From Podarcis vaucheri (Eukaryota): 64,000 bases of DNA. The translations under genes and the position numbers were made by a program. A model generated the notes under the pieces. It was not told the origin of the DNA. It did not search any database and saw only the letters and a program-made list of their open reading frames with translations. Shown piece after piece: positions 1 to 12,456 of the stretch. The stretch is taken from assembly GCA_965113315.1 (NCBI GenBank), contig OZ220368.1; one strand, 5' to 3'. Every line of letters starts with the position of its first letter. Position 1 is the first letter of the stretch.

Positions 1-589
1 ACAATTTTCACTGATTTTTCTGGGACTAAAGTGACTCACTGTCCTACAGTTCCACAAACAACTTTATAGCCTTTATGACACACACATAGAATGCAGCATT
101 ACAATGGCTGCCTTCTATACCTCTGCCACATAAACTGATTTTATACAGTTAGCAGTTTTTGTAATGTCATTGTTCTGATCTCTGGTACTTTTGAGTGAAT
201 ACCATCTGTTCTGTGTGACTTATTGCTGTCTAGCTTATCAATTTGCTCTTAAATGTCTCTTATTGAAAGATCAATTTGTGACAGCGCTTTAGATTTATTG
301 CCGAAAATGTGCCACTTTTTCAGCTGTACTTCTTAATTTAGGGCCTTCTATCCAGTGATCTCTGAGCCCTAAGGCATTCCAAAGCCCCTCAGTAAAGTAG
401 CTGATTGTGCCCTGTTATTAAAATTGAATTAGGGAAGTGTTAAATTATATATTAACATATCTTATATGGGATCTAAAAATTAATTCCAGAGAGAATAAAG
501 AGACATATTTTATTGGCATATGGATATAGGGGAAGGGAATGAAAATGCTTTTTCTGTTAAGTCTCTCATAAGTTGTTAAATCCCTTATA

Positions 590-915
590 TCCCTGCCTGA
601 TCACTGAGGACTTCAGGTGAGTCTGTGTTAGTTGTTCCTGTGGCTCAGGTACACGACTCGTACCCACTAGGAGCCATGCATTTAGTAATGTGGGCTCTAT
701 TTTATGGAACTGCCTTCCAGCTGAGGTCAAACAGGCCACTCTCTGCTTAACTTCCAGAGCCTAATGGTTTTTAAATCATCATCATCCAAGCAGGCATTTT
801 TATTGACGTCTGATCTTATAGTTTTAACTGATTTTTATTTTTTGCATTGCATCTTTGTAAGCCATTTAGAGACTATTGCCATTAAGGGATATATAAATTG
901 TTTGAATAAATGAAT
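590..915 (+). mobile_element. Old, degraded L2-type LINE 3' end
   Basis: Degenerate AFS...LWNCLPAEVKQA coding remnant followed by a T-rich 3' UTR and an aataaa-type tail. Confidence 0.55.
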
Positions 916-950
916 ATATATTAAATTCACAGAACATCCATTAACTCGTT

Positions 951-1104
951 CTTCTCCAACTTGGAACCCACCAGAAGTTATTTGTCATATTCGCATGTCT
1001 TGGTCTTAACCTGCCTGCAGTCTCCCATCATTCTTGGCCATGCAGATAGGGGTTGATGGGAGTTGTAGTTTAAATACCTAAAGGGCACCAGCTGAGAGAA
1101 GTCT
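951..1104. mobile_element. Palindromic hAT-like MITE (hairpin family), degraded copy
   Basis: ctcccatca...tgatgggagttgtagt arms shared with other copies in the window. Confidence 0.6.
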
Positions 1105-4100
1105 ACTCTAGATTGCTCCCACAAATCACTCCCATGACTTCATGTGGGAGGGGATTGTACATTCCATCTGTTCGCCACTCTCAAATTCATGGGATAACCA
1201 ATGCTCCAGTAGATTTGAGTATGATCATTTCTCCCACAATGCTTTTAGACATGAGATTTGCTATGGGAGAGGTTGCTGTTTATTCCATGCTTCAGCACAT
1301 GCACATAATTTGGTACTGGACCTAGAATTCATTTTTTCTTTTTTAAAATAAAAGCTTATTTTTTTTTTAGATTTTATGACTGTGTAAATAGGCTTGAATG
1401 AAAGTATGTGGGCAGTGCCTAATGAAACTTCAGATGTGTAGGATTTGAATGAGCAAGTGGCAGGGCTTCAGTTAATTGCAGATTTCTTTGCTGCTAATGA
1501 CCAGCACAAGAAGATTAAATAACACAAAGAAGCAACTATGTGCATATTTGTTGAACTTACATATATGCACCCATATGAAGAGGTTGTAGCATTCTGCTCC
1601 TCTGGATACAAAATTTAGCACAGGATTTTTCTCTCTCTGAAGATTTACATATTTTTTACTTTCTTTAATATGTCTGCTGTGCCCTTCAGCAATATACTCT
1701 CAGGGCAGCAAACAGGTAATTAAAACCATATCAAAACAACATACCAAACATATTAAGATAGCAGAGGCATGATTAAAACACACAAGAGTATCATGGAGGC
1801 AGAATAAAGCCAATTTAGATCGCAATTCGATTGAATTTATCTTTACCTGGCACCATGAAGACATAGGAGTGGTTGCCAAGTGAGTCTCCCTGGGGTGGGA
1901 GGGCTAGGTGCTTCAGCCAAGAAGGCTTCCACCTAATTTCCACCAAGACATCCACCTAATTTCAGAGAGTAGAAGCACCTTGCCCCTGGTCCCTGATGAT
2001 GGCTTCAGTATATGGGCAGGTTCACAAGGAAGAAGGTTGCTCATCACTACTGCTATGAAAGGCCACTGGGTTTAGTTAGCATCCATTTAGACTCACCTGG
2101 AAGTAGGTTTCTCTGAATGCAATGGAGATATCTCCTAAATAGGTGTGTATGGAACCACACTGATAAGCTGTAGTTGAATTGCTTCTTTCCTCAACTGCAC
2201 TAATATGGTTGGTCAGTTACTACTGATGTGAAGTGGCATGTAAGTGGCCTGCATGTAAGCTCTAACAGAATTGTCACAGGCTCTGCTGTTGCATTCTGTT
2301 CCATTTAACTCCACCATTGACATTACTTGAGCCATTCATGAGCGCTTATGCCACAGTGAAATTTGTTCATCTTTAACGTGCAACAGACATCTACACTCCT
2401 GTAGAAATTATCATGTAATATGCCCCACTAAGCGGGATGGGACCAAGAACCCCACAATTTTAAGTGGTTCTTCTGCTGCAAGATTATGACCCCCATTCAC
2501 ATTCCACACAAATAAAATCTGAAAACTAGATGTAGCCCACAGCTTACTGTGAATTTGCAGTGTGGCCCTTGCTGCTCAGCAAGCTGCTCTTTTTATAGAG
2601 CTTACGGTACCTTTACCAGCTAATGTGTTTATAATTGCGTCAGCTACAGCCTGCTGTGTGGACGAACCTCCATGGACATTTCAAAAAGCTTTACGCTAAG
2701 CCTTTAGCAACATCCATCAGGCTCATGGATAAAAGCAAGTTGATCAGAGGACGTCTTTTTGTTGTCTAGAAAGATATTATCTCTGCAGTTTGGGGAATAT
2801 AGTAATAATTCTCTCCTCTTCTGCATGCTGCATGGTTTCCAGTAAAGATTAGTCCAATTTTCCTCCTTACATAACAATGGAGAAGCAAAAGGGCTGCACA
2901 TCAACAGAGCTCTGATGAACAAAGGTTTTCAGATGGTGGCCTGCAAGCTCTATTCAGGTGGCCTGCAGAAAGGTTACAGAACAGTGACAGGTATTTTGAC
3001 TAGCTCTCATCTGTTTTGTTTCCTGAAAACTGAGATCAAGGCCATTTTGATGTATGTGTTTCTAACAGACTAACAAGACCCTGGCTAAGGGCCTACTATT
3101 TTTACAATACAGTGTGGTCTATATAAATAATTTTATAAATAAATAAAATTTAAATATTTCCCCTAAAAAATTGCTAACTAAAGCAGGCTGTTCTTAGCAG
3201 CCCGGTCTAAGTCCTGTGATTTTTAAAATGCAGTGCTGGTTTTGATAATGTCAGCACTAAAGAAAACAGTGAGATCAGAAGCTCTGTGTGTGTGCGTGTA
3301 CGTACATACGTACGTACATGAAATACTGCTGTGGGCCATTTTGTGATGATGCCAAATTGCAGGAGTAGAGGCTTCATACATTTCATAGTATTCTTCCTTA
3401 ATCCTCCCCTTGAAAGTTCCCAAGATTCCAAATTCTGTGCTACATTCCACGTTCTGTTCTTGCATGTTGAACCTGCAGGGAGTCAAATTTCACACAACCA
3501 TGATTATAGTCAGGCTCTTTTCTCAGATGGCATTATTTTTAGGTGGCTCCTGTGCACAATAAACACACTCAAAATTAATTCTGTTTAATTAGCGAAAGCC
3601 ATTGTAAACAGTGCCACCTGAAAGCAGTTTTGGGTAGTGACGCTCCAGAGGTGCAATTACCTTCCTAGACAAATTCACCTGTCACCATCATCAATTTCTT
3701 TTATATGTCAGCAAACACTGTCCTCTTCACCCATTTTTGGTATCGTCTGGTGTTACAGCTGTTGCATTTGGGCTGAGCTGGGTCAGGCTATTGTTTTTAT
3801 TTAGTTTGAAGGGTTTTATATTGCAATTTTAAATGTAAGCTGCTATGAGTGCTACTTTAAGTGGAAAGGAGTAAAACAACAACTAAATAAATAAAATATT
3901 CCCAGATTTTTCCAGTGTGGTTGCAGACGTATACACAGTGTAATTGCTGTGAGCCATATTTGGGCTTGGGGGGAAAAAATCTTTCCCAAACTGGATTAGC
4001 TGGTGGCCCTGGGGAGGTTTCTGCCCCACCCTATAACATCTGGGTACTTGCCTGAATTATCTAGAGCCATCCACTTTGCAGGCACCTGCTGTCATCTTTT

Positions 4101-5856
4101 GGCACTGCTTCTGACATATGGGTAACTTGATTTTATTTTTATTTGTATCTCACCCATTTTAAAATTAGGGTAGCTTCCAACATGGTAGAATACACATAAA
4201 ACAGTAATAAACATAAAAGCATTAGATAAACCAGCTAAAACCTGAGTCCTAAGGGATATTAAAAAACCTTGTCTAAACAAGAATGGCTCTCATCCTGCAT
4301 CCCAAAAGAAGCGGATTGCTAACAAGTATCTTAGGGAGTTTCAAAGAACCACAACCACTTCTGGTTCTGCCTTGCAGGCAGATGCTAAACCTGATAGCTC
4401 AGTAGTGCCTTCCAACTTTAAGTTCCCAGGGGCTGGCTCATGCTTGCGTATTCATTACTTGGTGATAGCAACATCAAGTGATCCGCTCCTACAAACAGGT
4501 AATCATTAATGATAGAGCCTTCACATCTGAAGTGATTGCAAACACAGAGGGCTGGATTTAAGCAATATGGTGGGCTAGTGGAAGCCAGCACAGAGATTCC
4601 TGGTAGCACAAGAGGGTGTCCCTCCCAGACAGCCCACACCTCTCCCAAATCTGCTGTAAGGGGGTCAGGAGAACCCCTAGAACAGTGTGGGTGGGTGTGG
4701 GATGGGGAGATCACCACATTGGCCAAGCAGAAATGCTTGTGCTGGTGGCACAATTGTATCAACATGACACTGAATTCCACCAAAGGTTTTCATCTGAGAC
4801 CCTTCACATATTTTCAGCTGCATGGAAATTACAGTCTTCATGATCTAGGATACTAGGCACAGTTGTTTACTGCTTCCCTAAGATGGGAAGGATGGAGAGG
4901 AAAGAAGTTAAGGTGTGTATGGGAGATGCCTTTGGGGTTTGGGGGGTCAGAGAGAACCATTGTGGTACCTTCTGACAGTTTGCTTTGGTTTGTGGACTTT
5001 TCCTTGTTTCCCCTGAATTTGGGGGTGGGACAGCTTTGTGGGGTAACAAGTCAAACCAAGAGAGGAAACCATTTTTCCTAATGGTTTTGTATGGGTATGA
5101 GCTTTCAGAGATGTAGTAATGTTGAACCTGTGAGCCAAGGTGGTTTGGAATAGCTGAGTAAAGGGCAATAAATAGGGCCGGAATGACAGTGGGAAAAGAG
5201 CAAGTGGTACTTTTGTTATTTTATGTTTCTTAAATGTCCTTGGTCAGTGTCATCAAGACATTGAATGCCTTGTGAATGGGCTGTCCCTGAACATGTCTCC
5301 TTCAATGAATAGGAGTTTTCCATCAACTGTGCACAGACTTTCCTTGCCACTCTCCAGCTACAAGGCTCCAGGCCCAATCTTAACACATTTTCCCTCAGAA
5401 GTAAGTCCTGCTGTCTCCAGCAGGATTCACTTTGGGTCAGTGTGTAGAGGGTTTTAGACTTATGCTTTTGAAAATGTGTTAATATGCTATGTAGTGACCT
5501 TTATTATGTGGATAAAAATAATTCCTCCCTTTTCGACCCTTTGTCATTCTGAGCTTCTAGTGCAATGTGCCTTCCTCTGCTTTCAAAGTGACTCACCAAG
5601 AACAATCGTTACAAAAAAACCCCAGACTAGTTCCTTCCTTATTTTGTATTAATGGTTTGGAGAACATTATTACTTCCTTTGTCTCACTACCTGCTCATCA
5701 TAATATGGGCAGGTAGCAAGTATTATGCTAGTGTCACAAACAACAATTCTGTTTTATGGTTTTTTGTGAAGGGCAACTGGCAGATAGTGGCTGTAAAAGT
5801 AAGTTTGTTACTGAAAACATTCTCTTTCTCTCTCTCTCTCTGTCATCCCATGGCAG

Positions 5857-6114
5857 TGTGTGGGCAAGCAGCAGCTGGTGTAGAGGATGAAGGTGAGGCT
5901 CAAGCTGGATGGATTGAAGGGGCAGCCATCCTCTTCTCGGTCTTTATTGTGGTGCTGGTCACGGCCTTCAATGACTGGAGCAAAGAGAAGCAGTTCCGGG
6001 GCCTCCAGAGTCGGATCGAACAGGAACAGAAGTTCACGGTCATCCGGAAGGGGCAGGTTATCCAAATCCCCGTGGCTGAGATTGTGGTGGGGGATATTGC
6101 TCAGATCAAGTATG
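5857..6114 (+). CDS. ATP2B4: ATP2B4 coding exon (258 nt, phase 1/1): [28 protein letters not shown]...IAQIKYG (TM2 and start of A domain)
   Basis: Acceptor (tc)n...tggcag|TG; donor TATG|gtgagt; lies in ORF 5652-6122. Confidence 0.96.
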
Positions 6115-6932
6115 GTGAGTGAAATACGGTAACTGGCCGGACAATCTGCTCCTTCTTTCCATATGTCACGGTGTTTTTGTCATTCGTTATTATCCCTGAG
6201 CTATGTGAATGTTCTGCACTGGCAGTGGAAATGTCTCTTATCCATCAGAGAACTTCATTTGCGAGGATAGAGGTGGGTGTGATAGGCCTGAAAGTTATGA
6301 GAGCAGCTGGGGCAGTGTTGTGTTGGTATGGTGTAGGAGGTGAAAAATGATGTGGGAAGATATTATGGGCAAACGGCAGGGATGGGGAATCTAACAGTAA
6401 GTTAAGGAGAAAGAGGGCTAATGGATTTTTGGTGTATTGTAGAGTTGGTCAGAGAAATGCCCATCTTCCAATAATACACCAAAAAAGCCCTCTTTCTCCT
6501 TAACTCTCCCTGCTATTTCTGACCAACAGAGTTGGAAGATGGGCATTTCTAGAAAGAAGTGAGGAGGGGAACGGCTGTGTAGTATGAAGAACCCAGCACT
6601 GAGGCCACTCATGGGTATTCAGTAGTTGTGCAAATAAGATTTCTGAGCCAAAAAATAAGGTTGAAGATGAAAACATCAGATTCCTTCAGATTCATATTAA
6701 TGCATCCCAGTTATTAGCCTGCCTGAAAACCCGCATACTGTCTATATCTGTTCTGAACTTTCTTTCCTGCAAGCACCAGCCCCATAACCTGTCTTTCTGT
6801 AGAAATGTTTGGTATTTCTCCCCTTTCAAGATTCTAAATGGATCTCAGAAATTAGTGAAAATGGAGTCGCTTCAGGTTTGGTGGAGAATAGCTGAAAACT
6901 CTTGAGAGTATGTTGATTTTTGCTTCTTCCAG

Positions 6933-7058
6933 GTGATTTGTTGCCAGCAGACGGGATCCTGATCCAAGGCAATGATCTGAAAATTGATGAGAGCTCTCTG
7001 ACTGGGGAGTCAGACCAAGTGAAGAAATCTCTGGAAAAAGACCCCATGCTGCTTTCTG
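6933..7058 (+). CDS. ATP2B4: ATP2B4 coding exon (126 nt): [41 protein letters not shown] (TGES motif)
   Basis: cttcttccag|GT ... TCTG|gtaagt. Confidence 0.97.
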
Positions 7059-7888
7059 GTAAGTCTGTCATGATTGCCAACTCGGATCCTGGTATACATT
7101 AGGGACAATAAGTTGAACTGCAGCCCATTTGGTGTTGTGTTCGAGTTCTTTTTATCCTGGGGGCATCTGCTTGTAATTATAGCCATGCCCTGCCGGCCAT
7201 CCTTAGTGGAGATTCCATAAGCTTTTCTGTGGTAGAGAAGTTATGTTGTGATGCTCTAGGATGTTATAGACAGGATTATCCTCTTTCACTCTGAGCAATG
7301 AGGTGCTATGTTGACAGGCCTAAAGATTGATCCTCTGCTGGAGGAACATGCACACTTTGAACTGCCAGCATGACAGGCTTCTTCCTCCTGTTTCATTCTC
7401 AGTAAGCACATGGTGATGTGTGCTGGAGTATGACGCTCCATTCGTAGCCCAACAAAATCATTCACTCTGCATAACATCCCCGATGCCTTTCTTCTGCATG
7501 GGAATCTATGGAAGGAAAAAGCAAGGGTAGCTCAGGAACTGAGTTGCCCTTATCCAGCTATCTGTTGTGGGCATGTGGGCTCTCATTAGCTCATGGAGTT
7601 CACATCTGAAAGAGCTTCCCCATTCCTTCTTAGCAGAGAGGCCAACTCTGTGCATGCACTTATTTGCGTATGCTTTTCTGCCCCTTTCATTGAAATGAAT
7701 GGAGAAGCCAGTGCACACATGAAATGAATGGTGATGCCAGCGCACACATGAAGCTCTGGAAATCGCAAGTGAGCCTAGAAATGAGGCTCCATCTTCTATT
7801 TTTCTCTGCACTTTCTCGCAGAATTCATTGTGCTTTCTCCATTCCTCCTGGTTGCCTTTCTCCACATTTTGCCTTGTCTTTTCAACAG

Positions 7889-8014
7889 GGACTCATGTGA
7901 TGGAGGGCTCTGGTCGAATGATGGTCTCGGCTGTGGGTATCAACTCACAAACTGGAATCATTTTTACTCTACTGGGTGCTGGAGAAGGGGAAGAGGAGAA
8001 GAAGGTCAAGAAAG
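7889..8014 (+). CDS. ATP2B4: ATP2B4 coding exon (126 nt): [41 protein letters not shown]
   Basis: ttttcaacag|GG ... AAAG|gtaaga. Confidence 0.97.
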
Positions 8015-8614
8015 GTAAGAAGATTCTGGAGCCAGGCTTTTGTGGGAAGCATCATCTGAGAGTATCCTTAGGTGTATTGACACTTGGTGGCTGGAGTGGA
8101 ACACATGCTCCCCTTTGTGTGAGTGTCTGAACTGAAACCTTGTGAGTTTTAGGAGGAGGAGATGTTGGGAGTTCTGCGTCCAATGCTGTGAACTCAAGAT
8201 ATAGCCAGTACAGGCCAATGAAAGAGGCTAGTGAATTTCCAGCAACTTCTTCTTGTTTCCTATTCAGCTGCCGCTCAGTAAAGTTGAAAAGGTGGGGTGG
8301 GGTTGGTGGGGACAGGACTCCTTGGGGTCTACTATCCATAACTAGTTTTAGAAACAATACATGGATTTGCTCCACTGAGCTATCTTCTTAAGCTGGCAGA
8401 GTTAGCTTTCTTAAAAGGGACACATGGGAATTTCAACAAAGTGTTGCAGCGTGGAGTGGAACAAATAGGGCAGCAACCAGCCAGCCATGACATTCTCTCA
8501 AATATCCAGTTCCATCCCCCCACACCAACAGTCAGTATTCCATGGGAATTGAGAATGTGCAGTTTGCACTGGGCTATTTATAAGAAATTATATTTATAAG
8601 AAATATATACCACT

Positions 8615-8645
<31 letters not shown>

Positions 8646-9456
8646 TAAGAAATATATACCACTTTATTGTAAAAATATCAAAGCAATTTACAGAATAGAA
8701 ACAGGAAACATAATATCATAGAATAAAAACATTAACATGTTAAAAACAGGCATCTATAACAGTTGTGGAAGTACTCTTAATCGCCTTGATAGGCCTGGCA
8801 GAAAAGAAAAATTTTCAGCAGGTGCTTAAAAGTTGGAAGATGCCTGCTGAATCTCTGTTGGGAGAGCGTTCCACAGGACTGGGCAGATAACATCTAAAAA
8901 CCTCCAAGTCTGCTGATACCTCACTGTTGTTTGTGGATGGTGCCGTTTTGGCTGTATAAGGTTAGGCACTTAGAGAATGAATTTACTTAGGATAAAGACA
9001 AGTCAATAATCTATCAATGGCTATTTAGTCATGATAGCATTACACCTCTGAATACCCAGTGCTGGAGTTAAGCAATGGGACTGAGGATTGTTGCTTCTGA
9101 GCTTCCCAAAAACATATGTCTGAGTTCTCTTTTAGAACTCTTAGTGTGATCAAGTAGAATTTTCCTCATGTTCTCTAAACCCTGAAAGAGAAGTTGACAC
9201 ATCATTGGAATGATCAAAGTCCTCTCCAAACTCCTTGTCCCTAAGACGTTGCCACCAAGTACATATTTCTCCTCTGTTTTTTGTTGCAATCTGAAATTAT
9301 GAAGACCCTGCCTTACTGAAGTTGAAATAGAGGGAACAGTAGGATGCATATGTCCTGCCATCATTCATGGATAACTTGACTGGGAGAGGTGTCTTGTGAA
9401 AGAATTCTCTTCTTTCTACCAGCAACCTGTGCAGGCTGGTGCCCATGGTCCACTAG

Positions 9457-9940
9457 AGCAGTATTTTCCAACCTTGGGTCCCTAAACATTTTTGGACTAC
9501 AATGCTAATTGTCCCTAATAATAATAATTTATTATTTATACCCCGCCCATCTGGCTGAGTTTCCCCAGCCACTCTGGGCGGCTCCTAATCAGTGTTAAAA
9601 ACAGTACAGCGTTACACATTAAAAACTTCCCTGAACAGGGCTGCCTTAAGATGTCTTCTGAATGTCAGGTAATTATTTATCTCTTTGACATCTGATGGGA
9701 GGGCGTTCCACAGGTCGGGCGCCACTACCGAGAAAGCCCTCTGTCTGGTTCCCTGTAGCCTCACTTCTCGCAATGAGGGAACCGCCAGAAGGCCCTCGGC
9801 GCTGGATCTCAGTGTCCGGGCTGAACGATGGGGGTGGAGACGCTCCTTCAGGTATACAGGACCGAGGCCGTTTAGGGCTTTAACCATTGGCTAAGAGTCC
9901 AACAGCATCTAGTGGGGAACCAGAGGTGGAAGAACACTGC
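9457..9940. mobile_element. Hairpin MITE copy split by an L2 insertion
   Basis: Left half ...ggactacaatgctaattgtccct and right half aaccattggc...agtccaacagcatct...gaagaacactgc rejoin to the family consensus. Confidence 0.7.
9517..9881 (-). mobile_element. Young 5'-truncated L2 LINE (ORF2 C-terminus, 3' UTR stem-loop, (TTA)n tail)
   Basis: Open frame KALNGLGPVYLKERL...RAFSVVAPDLWNALP...FRRHLKAALF; close relatives at 47196 and 61174. Confidence 0.88.
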
Positions 9941-10036
9941 TTGGAGCATGTTATCACTGAAATTAGTAATAAGGAATACATTCTGTAGCATTTTACAAAT
10001 ACGTTTGTTAACTTGTTCATCCCCAGAAAGACCAAA

Positions 10037-10144
10037 GGATAGCTCAGTTGGCAGAATATGAGACTCTTAATCTCAAGAGTTGGGGGTTCGAGCCCCATGT
10101 TGGGCAAAAGATTCCTGCATTGCAGGGGGTTAGACCAGATGACT
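10037..10144 (+). mobile_element. tRNA-Lys(CTT)-derived SINE with CR1-like body
   Basis: tagctcagttgg...gagactcttaatctc...ggttcgagccccatgttgggc (A and B boxes, CTT anticodon arm) then gcagggggttagaccagatgac. Confidence 0.8.
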
Positions 10145-12420
10145 GTGGGGTATGTCATTCTTAGTCTAATTTTTCAGAAGAATAAACTCAAACTGAATCA
10201 TAGTAGCTTTGGTCCAGACAGTCCTAACTAACCATTGATTTCATACTCTTAAGCATGATAAGGGCTGGCTCTACACCAGTACTTGAAATGCTAAGCATGA
10301 TCAGAGCTGGTTTATAGCAAAGCAGTCAATTTGAATCAGAGCAGGTCAGCGTGCATTTGACTATGCTGGCACATAAGCCAATCTAATTCACACCCAATTC
10401 TTCACAGTAGGTTTGGTTTCCAAATAAGGCTTTGATGCTTTCTCACTTTCCACCGAAACACGTTGGCATGTCATTTACATGAACAAAACCTGCCCACAGG
10501 TCTGACTTGCTCGCTGCAGTTAGCAGAAGTGGCACCTGTACTTTTAACCCTACCCGGCAAGCCAGCATCCTCCCCACTGAAACAATACTAATGGACAGCC
10601 AGTGTCGGAAGCATTAAACAGACTGGGACAGAGTGAAGCAGAGAAGAGACTGTTGTTCCCCCAGTAGCCAGATGGGAGTCAACACTGTCTCTCTAGGGAA
10701 TTTTGTTTTGTTGTCTTGAACTAAAAATAAAATATATTGATGAAGCTGGGTTGGAGAGTCAGGTGTGTGTGCATTCATACACACAAGAGTTGCCTCTTCT
10801 TCCTAACCTTTTGGAAATTTGGAACTGGAAGAAACTGAAATACCTGCAGTAGTAGCTACCAAAGCTACCAGTAGCTTCATCAAAAAACATCATTTAGTAC
10901 CTGGAGGATGCAAAATGTATTGAGCCGCACCCCAAGGCTTAGTAGAGCTTCTACACCCACAGAGCTCTGCAGAAACTGTAGCTGCTGAATCAAGCAGACC
11001 AGTTAAGCGGCCATAGTAAAAACAGACCCCCAACCCCGCCCAGCCCAGCCCAAAATACTGAGCAATATTATTCAGTGTGTGCCCTAGTTGCATAAAGAAA
11101 GTAGTCATGTTGGCGGAGGTGGGGTTCTCTCTCTCTTCTGGGGGGGGGGAAATACAAATAAAGAATCCTGAACATTTAAAAATCAAAACATTACCATCAG
11201 GATAACCATTCCACTCCTCACTCAGTCTGGCTGTATAATTATGTATGTGCAAATCCCATCAAATTCCATGGAACCTATGCATGAGTATGTGTGTGTAGGG
11301 TTGTGTGCTGTTAGTCACTTAATTGCCCCAACACACTCTTTTTTTCCTTTTTCCTTTTTTGAGCCGCTGTTCCATACTTACAAACTGGGGCAGTGAATAA
11401 GTGGTAAAAGGATGGATTTTTCCTATTCTTTTAAGTTCATAAATTGACTGGTTGGTACGAAATCAGGGCATGGTAGTTATTCTGGATTAATTACTCTCAA
11501 CTAAAAGGGCTGCATCTGGCAAAATCCCCATGCCAAACTTAATTCAGGTCTGCTGAGGGCAGACTGAAACCCATAAGAAAATGATGCAAAGCTGCTTTGC
11601 TGGAGGGGATGCTCTCTCTCATCTTTGCAGGTTTACATCACACTGTGGGCCATGGACTTATATGGCTGTGACATATTATGAATTCTAATTGCCTGCTTCT
11701 GTTAGTACTGTTTATGAACTGTCCTGTAGAGAGGATTGGAGTCAATCTGCAACTCTCCCAATATGATTCATTCCTCAGTAGGAACAGTTCTGGGCAAGCT
11801 TTGTACTGCTCTTCCATTATACAAAGATCTCCTTCCTGAAGAAAGTGGAGTAGCAAAGAATTTTATTTAGCATTTGGCAGCTGCTCTGGAATGTAACCTG
11901 AGCAGCCGAAGAGGTTCCTTATATTAATGCTTTTGAAGATGTTTTATTTGGGTTTGGGAGGCAGGGAGGGCCTGATGCACCAGAGTTTGGGAGTCTCTAG
12001 ATCAGAAATTCCACATGGAATGGAAGTCCAAGGATAAGCTTCCCCATTTGTTGTTGCAGGGAGCTGAACCAAACCCCACCACCATTCCCCCGATATCCAT
12101 TAGTCCCAAGGCTAGTTCCATTGATTCGAAGCAATGCTAGTTTCTGCAGCTGCTTGCTGCTTCCATTAGAGCAAAGGCGAGAGCTGGAAGGTGGGGATTC
12201 GCAGTGGCCTTTTTAGTTGTGAGGAACGTTGGACTTCTCCAGCCCTGTTGCGATGGTGCTCAGCCCAGGTGGCAGCTGTGTCGTGCATAGCTTTCCTCCC
12301 ATGTCCGACAGCCTCCCCAAGAGAGCACTGAGCCCCCGCATACGGGTGTCCACCAACAGGGACATCGATGTCACAAACCGTGTGCTCAGTGCTCCACCCT
12401 TTCTCTCTTTGTCTGAACAG

Positions 12421-12456
12421 GTAAAAAACCCGGAGCCCCCGAAAATCGCAACAAAG
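12421..12456 (+). CDS. ATP2B4: Alternative splice-site-A exon (36 nt; x form if included, z form if skipped): (G)KKPGAPENRNK
   Basis: Pyrimidine tract ctttctctctttgtctgaacag|GT AAA AAA CCC GGA GCC CCC GAA AAT CGC AAC AAA G|gtaacc; symmetric phase 1; resembles the mammalian PMCA4x insert GKKQGVPENRNK; this frame is absent from the ORF track. Confidence 0.9.

Noticed and set aside
1-5856. N-terminal ATP2B4 exons or promoter
   Set aside because: No PMCA N-terminal peptide (e.g. KTFLELVWEALQD) or CpG island seen; this is intron and those exons lie upstream of the window.
10037-10110. Functional tRNA-Lys gene
   Set aside because: The acceptor and D stems are degenerate and the sequence runs into a CR1-like body shared with other copies, so it is a SINE head.
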